A stretch of DNA of 25,889 bases from a virus. Lineage: Duplodnaviria > Caudoviricetes. The stretch is from IMG/VR virus record IMGVR_UViG_3300046779_001009, positions 1-25,889 of that record; one strand, 5' to 3'. How positions within the stretch are numbered: position 1 is the stretch's first letter; each line of letters begins with the position of its first letter. Of this stretch, positions 1 through 8,393 are shown piece by piece. A program made the translations under genes and the position numbers. The notes beneath the pieces are model-generated. The model searched no databases and was not told where the DNA came from. It saw only the letters and a list, made by a program, of their open reading frames with translations.

Positions 1-2042
1 CAAATATATTTTCGTTTAAAATTAGTGATGATTTTCTCGAAACATATAAAAATAAAAAAGCACCATTTGGATATACCGATGCTGGTGGAAACTCCGTTGG
101 AGAAATCACATTTCTTCGTACATATTCTCGCCTTAAAGAAGACGGCACTAAAGAGACATGGGTTGATGTTTGCGAGCGCGTAATCAATGGAATGTATTCA
201 CTGCAGAAAGACCACTGCAAAAAGAATAGACTTCCTTGGAACGATGCTAAGGCTCAAGCTAGCGCAAAAGAGGCTTTTGATCGCCTATTTAACCTCAAGT
301 GGACCCCACCAGGTAGAGGCCTTTGGATGATGGGTACACAAATCGTAAATGTTCAAAAAAACTCAGCTGCTCTTCAGAACTGTGCTTTTGTTTCTACAGC
401 AGAAATGACTAAGTTTAATCCAGCTAAACCATTTGCGTTCCTTATGGAGGCATCAATGCTGGGAGTTGGTGTTGGGTTTGATGACAAAGGCGCAGACAAA
501 GATTTTACAATATATGAATCGGAAAAGCCTTCAGTAACAATAACGATTAGTGACGATAGAGAAGGTTGGGCTGAAGCAACATCTACATTGATAAACTCAT
601 ACCTTAAGCCAGATCAAAGCCCAGTTGAGTTTGATTATTCTTTGATACGACCACTTGGTTCTCCAATCAAAACATTTGGAGGAACAGCATCTGGACCAGA
701 TCCTTTGATTAGACTTCATAAGGCAATTAAAAAAATCTTTACTGGACGCAATGGACAGAAGTTAACAAGAAAAGACATTGCCGATATTGGTAACCTTATT
801 GGCGTATGCGTTGTTAGTGGCAACGTACGTCGTTCTGCTGAGCTCCTTATTGGGCGAATCGATGACGCCGAATTCCTAAACCTCAAGAATGCTGAGATGT
901 TCCCAGAGCGAAACAGCTATGATCCAGAAAATCCTGGTTGGGGCTGGATGTCTAATAACTCAGTAGAGGTTTCAGTAGGACAGGATCTTTCCGCAATTGT
1001 AGATGGCATATCTAGAAATGGAGAGCCAGGAGTTATATGGATGGATATGTCTAGAAAATACGGAAGACTAGCCGACGCACCAAATAATAAGGATCACAGA
1101 GTTGCAGGATTTAATCCATGCGCAGAACAGTCTCTAGAGTCCTACGAGTGCTGCACACTAGTTGAAACATACTTGGGTAGACACGAGTCCTTGGATGACT
1201 ATAAGAGAACACTTAAATTTGCCTACCTCTATGCAAAGACAGTAACTCTCCTCCCTACACACTGGGAAGAAACAAATGCAATTATGCAGAGAAATAGAAG
1301 AATAGGTGCGTCAATGTCTGGAGTTGCAGACTTTGCAGACAATAACGGTATGCCAGTTCTTCGCGAATGGATGGATGAAGGCTATAAGACAGTTCAGAGA
1401 TATGACAATATATACTCAGAATGGCTTGGTGTACGTGAGTCAATCAAAATGACAACAGTTAAGCCATCTGGCACAGTGTCAATTCTTGCTGGCGAATCTC
1501 CTGGAGTTCACTGGACTCCTGGTGGAGAATTCTTTAATAGAACAATCAGATTCTCTAATGACGACCCTATGCTCCCATTGTTCAAAATGGCAAATTATAG
1601 AGTCGAGCCAGCATCTGAGTCGCCAGATACTACTTCTGTAGTTTACTTTCCAATTAAATCAAACGCAAAGAGATCAGAAAAAGATGTAACAATATTTGAA
1701 AAGATAGCTCTTGCAGCTGCAGCACAAAGATATTGGTCAGACAATTCAGTATCAGTAACAGTTTCTTTTAATGGAGAAACAGAAAAGCAACATGTTGGAA
1801 CAGTTCTCCATATGTATGATGGACAATTAAAAACAGTTTCTTTCTTGCCACAAGGTAATGAAACGTACCCACAAATGCCCTACACTCAAATAGAAGAAGA
1901 TGAGTATAAAGACGCAACGATGAAACTGTTTCCTATAGACTTTTCTGGAGTCTATGCAGGTATGGCTGCTGACGCAATAGGTGAATCTTATTGCACAACA
2001 GATTCTTGTGAGATAAAGTTTGTAAAGGAAAATCAGAAGTAA
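1..2042 (+). CDS. nrdJ: Class II (adenosylcobalamin-dependent) ribonucleotide reductase, monomeric RTPR-like; 5' end lies outside the window
   Basis: Frame is open from base 3 (NIFSFKISDDFL...RTYSRLKEDGTKETWVDVCERVING) into the 192..2042 ORF. Motifs PPGRGLW, NCAF, VVSGNVRRSA, catalytic NPCAEQ, TVKPSGTVS and a C-terminal YCxxDxC cysteine pair. Confidence 0.93.
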   Translation, partial: NIFSFKISDDFLETYKNKKAPFGYTDAGGNSVGEITFLRTYSRLKEDGTKETWVDVCERVINGMYSLQKDHCKKNRLPWNDAKAQASAKEAFDRLFNLKWTPPGRGLWMMGTQIVNVQKNSAALQNCAFVSTAEMTKFNPAKPFAFLMEASMLGVGVGFDDKGADKDFTIYESEKPSVTITISDDREGWAEATSTLINSYLKPDQSPVEFDYSLIRPLGSPIKTFGGTASGPDPLIRLHKAIKKIFTGRNGQKLTRKDIADIGNLIGVCVVSGNVRRSAELLIGRIDDAEFLNLKNAEMFPERNSYDPENPGWGWMSNNSVEVSVGQDLSAIVDGISRNGEPGVIWMDMSRKYGRLADAPNNKDHRVAGFNPCAEQSLESYECCTLVETYLGRHESLDDYKRTLKFAYLYAKTVTLLPTHWEETNAIMQRNRRIGASMSGVADFADNNGMPVLREWMDEGYKTVQRYDNIYSEWLGVRESIKMTTVKPSGTVSILAGESPGVHWTPGGEFFNRTIRFSNDDPMLPLFKMANYRVEPASESPDTTSVVYFPIKSNAKRSEKDVTIFEKIALAAAAQRYWSDNSVSVTVSFNGETEKQHVGTVLHMYDGQLKTVSFLPQGNETYPQMPYTQIEEDEYKDATMKLFPIDFSGVYAGMAADAIGESYCTTDSCEIKFVKENQK

Positions 2043-2045
2043 GGC

Positions 2046-2378
2046 ATGTCAGAAGAAAATAGCAAAGAGATTGAAAAAATATTTAATGAATTAATGGATT
2101 CAAATTCAATCAAAGATTTTGTAAAACAAGATAGAAATTCTGTTATAAAAGAGCTTATTCACATGCAAGAGTCTTTATTGGAGTCAGTTTTGAATATCAA
2201 TGCGCTCGTTCATGCTCTACATACTGACGAAACTTTTGAGGTTGATTCAGCTCTTTTTGAATTGTTAGGTCCATTGTATAAAATAAGTGAAGATTTCATA
2301 GCAGAAGCTATTGGATTTAATGGTACAATAGACGATTATATAGAAGAAGATGAAGAAGAAAGTGATGATGGAGAATAA
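2046..2378 (+). CDS. Hypothetical acidic protein
   Basis: 110 aa ORF abutting both neighbours, with an acidic C-terminus (EEDEEESDDGE); no family recognised. Confidence 0.75.
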   Translation: MSEENSKEIEKIFNELMDSNSIKDFVKQDRNSVIKELIHMQESLLESVLNINALVHALHTDETFEVDSALFELLGPLYKISEDFIAEAIGFNGTIDDYIEEDEEESDDGE

Positions 2379-3060
2379 TCTAATCAATGTTTTAGACAAG
2401 GGTTATGTAAGACTAGTAGACAAGATGGGCGGTGACCTATCTGTTGTTAATGCCGCTAGGGCTTCTTTTGCTAAGGAGTCAAAAGAATTTACGCAACAAG
2501 ACGCAAAGCTGCTGAATTTCTTAGCAAGAGAAAATCACATGTCACCTTTCAGACACGCTTTTGCCACATTAGAATTTAAAGCTCCTTTGATGGTTGCTAG
2601 ACAGCATTGGAAATATGTTGTTGGTTCTGACCATACTATGGATTCATGGAATGAGTCATCTAGAAGATATATAACTATGGATCCAGAGTTCTATTTTCCG
2701 GCTGCAGATCAATGGAGATTGGCACCAGAAGATAAAAAACAAGGGTCTCAAGGAATTGCAGATCCTTTTATAGGGTCTATGCTAACCCAAGAGCTAATCC
2801 AGCATGCTGAAAAAGGCGAAGCACTATATAATATGGCGATGGAAAATGGAATAGCTGCAGAGCAAGCTAGACTATTTCTGCCAGCTTATTCAATGTATGT
2901 CATTTATAGATGGTCATGCTCTTTACAGTCTGTAGTGTTATTCCTAACACAGAGACTTTCAGAAGATTCTCAGGTTGAGATTCAAGAGTATGCAAAAGCT
3001 GTACATGACCTAGTGCAACCACATTTCCCTATGTCGATGAAGGCTTTGATGGGTAGCTAA
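2365..3060 (+). CDS. thyX: Flavin-dependent thymidylate synthase ThyX
   Basis: GYVRLVD, VVNAARAS, HMSPFRH, SWNESSRRY, EQARLFLP and SQVEIQEYA motifs. Start is probably ATG 2365 or 2368 rather than 2350. Confidence 0.9.
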   Translation: MMENNLINVLDKGYVRLVDKMGGDLSVVNAARASFAKESKEFTQQDAKLLNFLARENHMSPFRHAFATLEFKAPLMVARQHWKYVVGSDHTMDSWNESSRRYITMDPEFYFPAADQWRLAPEDKKQGSQGIADPFIGSMLTQELIQHAEKGEALYNMAMENGIAAEQARLFLPAYSMYVIYRWSCSLQSVVLFLTQRLSEDSQVEIQEYAKAVHDLVQPHFPMSMKALMGS

Positions 3061-3221
3061 TGTTAGATGTACTTTTTGTATTAATATATGTTGTATTAAT
3101 TAACTGGAATATAGGACTATATACTTTAGCTTTATCTCAAAAGGGAAGAACAAAAGCTGGAGTAATAGCTATAAATATAATTGTTTCACTTGTACTTGCC
3201 TACTTCTCAATTTATTATTGA
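3060..3221 (+). CDS. Small membrane protein (53 aa, two hydrophobic helices)
   Basis: Not in the ORF track; translated by hand: MLDVLFVLIYVVLINWNIGLYTLALSQKGRTKAGVIAINIIVSLVLAYFSIYY*. TAATG overlap with thyX; fills the gap exactly. Confidence 0.7.
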   Translation: MLDVLFVLIYVVLINWNIGLYTLALSQKGRTKAGVIAINIIVSLVLAYFSIYY

Positions 3222-3223
3222 TT

Positions 3224-3688
3224 ATGATAACAAGAAAAAACATACAGTTTATACAACTATGTTTTCAAGCAGCTAACATTTTTTCTACTTGTGGCAAAAA
3301 AAAATACGCAGCTATTTTAGTAGATTCAAATGGCCATGTTGTTGGCATGGGTTACAATGGTGGGCCCAAAAACTATAAACACTGCGAAGATGGTGGATGT
3401 CCACGATACCTAACTGGAAGTAAACCTGGATCAATATATGATAACTGTATCGCTGTCCACGCAGAACAAAACGCATTCTTGCACTCAGATTATAGTTCTA
3501 AGGCAGAAAGCCTTTATGTTAATGGACCACCCTGCTATACTTGTGCTAAGTTGATTATTAATTCAACTGTTAAAAAATTATTTTACATTAAAGATGAGTC
3601 TTATTTAGACTGGGAAAATGTTAAAACATTCTTAGAAAAAAATAACATAGAAATAAGAGAGATAGATCAATGGCAGCTGGAAAGCTAA
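3224..3688 (+). CDS. dCMP deaminase (ComEB/DCTD family)
   Basis: STC, GYNG, zinc-binding HAEQNA and PCYTC motifs; ATG at 3224. Confidence 0.92.
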   Translation: MITRKNIQFIQLCFQAANIFSTCGKKKYAAILVDSNGHVVGMGYNGGPKNYKHCEDGGCPRYLTGSKPGSIYDNCIAVHAEQNAFLHSDYSSKAESLYVNGPPCYTCAKLIINSTVKKLFYIKDESYLDWENVKTFLEKNNIEIREIDQWQLES

Positions 3689-3906
3689 ATTACATAGTTG
3701 TTTATGATGGATTAAGTCAGGTTTTTGGTTGCGCATCAAAGAAAATTGCACTAGAATCTGCTCCACCAGATGGCTATACGCTTAAGGATAAAAAGATACT
3801 TTTTATTACATATCAACCTGACAGTAAGAACTTGTGCGTACATAAAGTCCCCGATGATGAAGTGCAAGAAGCAGAAATAAAAAAGAAAAAACAAGAAAAT
3901 GAGTAA
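3670..3906 (+). CDS. Hypothetical protein
   Basis: 78 aa ORF overlapping both neighbours in the operon. Confidence 0.65.
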   Translation: MAAGKLNYIVVYDGLSQVFGCASKKIALESAPPDGYTLKDKKILFITYQPDSKNLCVHKVPDDEVQEAEIKKKKQENE

Positions 3907-4138
3907 AAAACAAAATCAAAAAAAGAAAGTAACAATCAAGATTGTTCCTGGTCAAGCAGTTTTTGTTGCTGATCTATCAGTGATGCACCATATAGCTGAA
4001 ACATATAATGACTTAGCTAATTCTTTTAATAAACAAGAAGACAAACAAGCCTGCTACGATGTCGTTAATGCGATATATGAGTGGTCAGAAAAAACCTACT
4101 TTAATCCCGAGAGTGATTACTCAGACGAGGAGTGGTGA
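3899..4138 (+). CDS. Hypothetical protein
   Basis: 79 aa ORF, translationally coupled arrangement. Confidence 0.65.
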   Translation: MSKKQNQKKKVTIKIVPGQAVFVADLSVMHHIAETYNDLANSFNKQEDKQACYDVVNAIYEWSEKTYFNPESDYSDEEW

Positions 4139-4139
4139 T

Positions 4140-4955
4140 ATGATAGATCTATGCGTAGTTAATCATAATACGAGACCACTGTTGCAGAGATTTTTGGATA
4201 CTCTGCATTCAGATATGTACAATCCAAATGGCGCGCTCGTAAAAAATTGGAATCTGTATATTACGGATAATGAGTCAACAGACGATTTTATTCCTTGGTT
4301 AAGAGAAAATGAAGAGCGCTATTGGATAAACAGAACATACCTTAGACAAAACATTGGCTATTCTGCTGCGATTAATATGATGGCTAATTTGAGCTCTGCA
4401 GAAATTGTTGGAGTTTTAAATGGAGATGTTTGGATGACAACAGAAGATTGTTTAAATATTGAAAAAATCTTTGCTAATAATCCAGATATTCATATTCTTG
4501 GTCCAAAACAAAGAGATGAAAATGGTTTTATAACTCATGCAGGGATTGTGGGCACAAACACTGCTCCTAAGCATAGAGGTTGGAGAGAGCATGATCCAGA
4601 TGATCTTCTATATAAAGATCAGGTTCCATGTGTTACAGTTTCTGGATCGGCATATTTTGTTAGAAGAGATGTTTGGGATGATATGACAAACAATCCAAAA
4701 TACAGAGAATTATACCCAAGTGCAATAGGCGCATTTCTCCCAACGCCACACTATTACGAAGAGACCTGGTGCTCATACTTTGCTAGACATCTTGGTTACA
4801 ACGTAGTGTATGATGGCTCAGTATCAATTGGCCATAGCTGGCATGCCTCCACCCCAAGACCGGGAGAAGGTATTAGTAGAGCTGATAAGTACTTCCCAAT
4901 AAGTAGGGAAATTTTTAGAAATGCATGTGACTACATGGGAATAGAAAGAGATTAA
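4140..4955 (+). CDS. GT-A fold (GT2-like) glycosyltransferase
   Basis: MIDLCVVNHN start after GAGGAG RBS; DNESTD, NIGYSAAIN, LNGD (DxD-like), VSGSAYFVRR, YYEET and GYNVVY are typical GT2 features. Confidence 0.85.
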   Translation: MIDLCVVNHNTRPLLQRFLDTLHSDMYNPNGALVKNWNLYITDNESTDDFIPWLRENEERYWINRTYLRQNIGYSAAINMMANLSSAEIVGVLNGDVWMTTEDCLNIEKIFANNPDIHILGPKQRDENGFITHAGIVGTNTAPKHRGWREHDPDDLLYKDQVPCVTVSGSAYFVRRDVWDDMTNNPKYRELYPSAIGAFLPTPHYYEETWCSYFARHLGYNVVYDGSVSIGHSWHASTPRPGEGISRADKYFPISREIFRNACDYMGIERD

Positions 4956-4956
4956 G

Positions 4957-5358
4957 ATGACAGAAAAATTAAACCCTTGGATATATAACGCAGAAGTAAA
5001 AAAGGTCGTAGATGGTGACACCTTTGATATCATTATTGATCTTGGCTTTGATGTACTTAAAAAGGGAAGAGTTCGCCTTTATGGCGTTAACACACCTGAA
5101 AGTAGAACATCAAACGTTGAAGAAAAAAAGATGGGCTTAGCAGCTAAAGAATTTACTGACCAGTGGCTTACTGCAGCTAACTATAAAGTTAAGATTGAAA
5201 CTATAATTGATAAAAACGAAAAGTATGGAAGAGTTTTGGCTCGCGTATGGAATGAATCTGGCGCATGTTTAAATACAGATATAGTTGCATCTGGCTTAGC
5301 TAGAGAGTATTATGGAGTCGGTGACAAAACATTCACCGAATTCAAAAAGGACAAGTAA
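4957..5358 (+). CDS. Thermonuclease (staphylococcal nuclease-like)
   Basis: VVDGDT, VRLYGVNTPE, KYGRVLA and GLA motifs. Confidence 0.9.
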   Translation: MTEKLNPWIYNAEVKKVVDGDTFDIIIDLGFDVLKKGRVRLYGVNTPESRTSNVEEKKMGLAAKEFTDQWLTAANYKVKIETIIDKNEKYGRVLARVWNESGACLNTDIVASGLAREYYGVGDKTFTEFKKDK

Positions 5359-5762
5359 TGCAAACATTTCTACCATATCCAGATTTTGTTGACTCAGTAA
5401 AAGTGTTAGACTATCGTCGGTTAGGTAAACAACGTGTTGAGACTTTTCAGGTTCTTAACATTTTATTGGACAGAACACCAACTAAAGGTTGGCGCAATCA
5501 TCCAGTTACTCGTATGTGGACTGGATACGAAGAAGCTTTGAAGCTATATCAAAACTATACTATTCTTGAGTGGATAGATAGAGGATATAAAAACACTATG
5601 AAGTTTGAGACTATCGACCATTCTTGTTTAGTGTATCCAGTATGGTTTGGAGAAGAAGATTTTCATCGTTCTCACAGATCAAACCTTCTTAGAAAAGATT
5701 ATGAATATTACTCTCAATATTTTGACGATCCATCAGATTTAGAGTATCATTGGCCGGTATGA
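5358..5762 (+). CDS. Pyrimidine-dimer DNA glycosylase-like protein (MSMEG_6728/DenV-related family)
   Basis: MQTFLPYPDF, LDYRRLGKQRVE, GWRNHP, MWTGYE and HRSHRSNLLRKD signature. Confidence 0.85.
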   Translation: MQTFLPYPDFVDSVKVLDYRRLGKQRVETFQVLNILLDRTPTKGWRNHPVTRMWTGYEEALKLYQNYTILEWIDRGYKNTMKFETIDHSCLVYPVWFGEEDFHRSHRSNLLRKDYEYYSQYFDDPSDLEYHWPV

Positions 5763-6163
5763 GCATAACAGTTTATTTAGCAGGAGCCATGGATTACGTT
5801 GGCAACTATGCCACTGGTTGGCGCAAAGAGGCTACTTTTTTGTTGGCTCAACGTGGCTATAAAGTTCTTGATCCAACTTCTATTCCAGAAGACTACACTA
5901 TGTCTCCTGATGAAATAGCACAAAAAAATCTCTTTATGCAGAAGAAATCAGATATTCTTCTGGTAGAATACATGTTAGAAGATAGGGCATATATTGGAAC
6001 AGATTATGAAATGGCATGGGCTAAAATGCATGATCAACCAACAATAGTTATGTGCTCTAATCAAAATAAAGATCGACCATATATGAAATATATGGCCACA
6101 AAGCTTGTAGATAATCTACAAGATGCTATAGAATATATAGCAGTCCATTATCCAACCAAATAA
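5759..6163 (+). CDS. Nucleoside 2-deoxyribosyltransferase / nucleotide N-glycosidase-like protein
   Basis: VYLAGAM, WR, SDILLV and GTDYEMAWA (catalytic Glu) pattern; ATGA overlap at 5759. Confidence 0.8.
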   Translation: MSITVYLAGAMDYVGNYATGWRKEATFLLAQRGYKVLDPTSIPEDYTMSPDEIAQKNLFMQKKSDILLVEYMLEDRAYIGTDYEMAWAKMHDQPTIVMCSNQNKDRPYMKYMATKLVDNLQDAIEYIAVHYPTK

Positions 6164-6175
6164 AAGGAAAAAAAA

Positions 6176-6367
6176 ATGTCAGAGAACAAGTTCAAGTATT
6201 TTGCGGTTACCAATACCACACTGGTAAAGGCCAACAACAAGACCGATGCTCAGAAGCTAGCTATGGGCCGTCGAGGCGTTGCTGGGGAAGTGCTCGTAAA
6301 GTCCACAGACATTGAGCGTATCTCTTCTGTAGAGGCTCATGAGCAGGTGGAAGAGCTAACCGCCTGA
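6176..6367 (+). CDS. Hypothetical small protein
   Basis: 63 aa ORF with AAGGA RBS, followed by a strong hairpin. Confidence 0.75.
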   Translation: MSENKFKYFAVTNTTLVKANNKTDAQKLAMGRRGVAGEVLVKSTDIERISSVEAHEQVEELTA

Positions 6368-6378
6368 TATTGCTCGTG

Positions 6379-6413
6379 GGGCAGGGTAGGCTTTGTCTAC
6401 CCTGCCCTATTTA
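6379..6413 (+). terminator. Probable intrinsic terminator or stabilising hairpin
   Basis: 13-bp stem GGGCAGGGTAGGC-ttt-GTCTACCCTGCCC (one G-U pair) followed by TATTTA; the U-tail is weak. Confidence 0.65.
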
Positions 6414-6429
6414 GCATTGGAGTTTAATT

Positions 6430-7116
6430 ATGATAATTGCACAAATGGTTGGCAAAAATGAATCAAGTAGATTTCTTGAGCCAGTATTACAAAGACTTTC
6501 TACTCAAGTAGATAAAATTATTTTTACAGACGATTGTTCTGATGATGACACGGCAGAAGTAGCATCTAAGTATGCAGAAGTTTTCAAGACAGATAAGACA
6601 CTGTTCACAGAGAATGAGGGCAACCTAAGATCAAATGCTTGGAAGAATTTAGAAAAGTTTGCAAACGAGGGTGACTGGGTGGTTGCGATAGATTGCGATG
6701 AAATGCTCTACCACGATAGAGATTTAGATTTAAGATACGTTTTGGATCAATCTCCTTATGATGTTGTAAACGTAAGATTCTATCATATGTGGAATAAGAC
6801 ACAATATAGAGTCGATAAGCTATGGGCACCAAATAATAGTTCTAGAATTTTTAGATATAGAGATAACGGAACTTTTTTTGATAAGAAACTAGCTTGTGGC
6901 TCAGAGCCAACGTATGTTGTACAATGGGTTAGACAAAAGAACTACTTTCTACACTCAGGTTTTATGATGAAACATCTTGGCTATGAGAGAGATGAAGATA
7001 AAGTTTCTAAATATGATAGATATATATCAATAGATAAAGGCGAGTTCCACAACTTGCAACACATAGAGTCAATAATGGATACAAATTTTGTATTAGTGAA
7101 CTGGAATAAAGAATGA
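6430..7116 (+). CDS. GT-A fold (GT2-like) glycosyltransferase
   Basis: KNE, DDCSDD, WVVAIDCDE (DxD) and HLGY motifs. Confidence 0.85.
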   Translation: MIIAQMVGKNESSRFLEPVLQRLSTQVDKIIFTDDCSDDDTAEVASKYAEVFKTDKTLFTENEGNLRSNAWKNLEKFANEGDWVVAIDCDEMLYHDRDLDLRYVLDQSPYDVVNVRFYHMWNKTQYRVDKLWAPNNSSRIFRYRDNGTFFDKKLACGSEPTYVVQWVRQKNYFLHSGFMMKHLGYERDEDKVSKYDRYISIDKGEFHNLQHIESIMDTNFVLVNWNKE

Positions 7117-7742
7117 AAACTGTAGCAGAAAAACAAACAATAATTAAAGTAACATCACTTCTAGAATCTAAGAATAGGTTTTGTTTTACTACCTATACTA
7201 GATCTTCTATACTCTCCGCAGCTGGAGAAATTAGAGGAGAAAAAAGACCTCCAAAAAACTTTGTTAGATCAGTTATATCTGGGCTAACAAATAATAATAA
7301 AAATTTTGTAAAAGCTATTCCACTAGAATTATCTGGCCTTGCTGGTTCAAAAATAAGAGATATTAATGATGAGGTATTCTATGATGCTAACTACTTAGAT
7401 CATTATATTAATAATAACAATGAAGTATATAAGATCTTTATGAATAGGTATTTTAAATATCAAAATGCTCTAGTGATTAGTTTTCAAAGTGAATCTTTAA
7501 TATCAAGAAATTTTGGCGACAACTCTTCTTATATTCAGGTTCCATACAACGATTTTTATGACAAAGTAGATAGCGTAACAGCACAGATATCAGAGTTTAG
7601 CGGTGCACATGATCTGTGCATACTAGACTGTCCAATGTTTAGCTCTGCACTAGCACCTAAAATATGGGAAAAAACAAATATGTCGATCATGGACTTAGGA
7701 AAGTCTTTAACATTAGCCAGATCATTTAATAAAGTAAAGTGA
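7113..7742 (+). CDS. Hypothetical protein with weak resemblance to GT-D (DUF1792) fold glycosyltransferases
   Basis: VPYNDFY...LCILD...LAPKIW...IMDLG echoes the C-terminal GT-D pattern; the N-terminal RxxDGE motif is absent. Coupled to the upstream GT by ATGA overlap. Confidence 0.4.
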   Translation: MKTVAEKQTIIKVTSLLESKNRFCFTTYTRSSILSAAGEIRGEKRPPKNFVRSVISGLTNNNKNFVKAIPLELSGLAGSKIRDINDEVFYDANYLDHYINNNNEVYKIFMNRYFKYQNALVISFQSESLISRNFGDNSSYIQVPYNDFYDKVDSVTAQISEFSGAHDLCILDCPMFSSALAPKIWEKTNMSIMDLGKSLTLARSFNKVK

Positions 7743-7748
7743 TCAAAC

Positions 7749-8393
7749 ATGCCCAGAAAAAATTGGGATGAATCACTAGACGATAATGAATTCTTAATAG
7801 ACTTATTATTTGAAACTAAAATGTCTCTTTCGCAAATAGCTAAAGAGGTTGATATGTCTATTAATGATCTTAATAAAAGAATCAATTCATTAGGTCTTTC
7901 TTGGATTAAAGAACATCATAAAAAGATGTCCAGAGGACAAGCAGCCCTTACTGCTATCATGCAGAAGCTTCTTCCTGGAGAAAAAATAGTTAATGAATTT
8001 CATATAGGTGAAAGATTAAAGCTTGACGTTTTTTGTCCCAAATATAATTTGGCAGCTGAATACCATGGAAGACAGCACTTTTATTATACTCAAAGATTTT
8101 TTGATTCAAAATATGAATTTGAAGAAGCTCAAAAAAGAGATGAAAGAAAGATGGAGCTGTGTCAACAAAATGGAATTGCGCTAATTGTTTTTAGATACAA
8201 TGATTTACTGACAGAACAGTCAGTATATGATAGAATGCTGGATGCTATTCGCAACTCAAAAGTTGAGCCAACTGCTACTAAAAAGCAGTCTATAAAAGAT
8301 AATCCGTTTTATATCAAGGCAAAAAAAGAAAACGCAGAAAAAAGAAAACAGTACTACAAAAAGATGAAAGACAATAAGAAAAGAAATGGATGA
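7749..8393 (+). CDS. HTH plus Vsr/DUF559-like PD-(D/E)XK endonuclease
   Basis: N-terminal HTH (SLSQIAKEVDMS); LDVF..NLAAEYHGRQH and RDERKMELCQQNGIALI. Confidence 0.75.
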   Translation: MPRKNWDESLDDNEFLIDLLFETKMSLSQIAKEVDMSINDLNKRINSLGLSWIKEHHKKMSRGQAALTAIMQKLLPGEKIVNEFHIGERLKLDVFCPKYNLAAEYHGRQHFYYTQRFFDSKYEFEEAQKRDERKMELCQQNGIALIVFRYNDLLTEQSVYDRMLDAIRNSKVEPTATKKQSIKDNPFYIKAKKENAEKRKQYYKKMKDNKKRNG

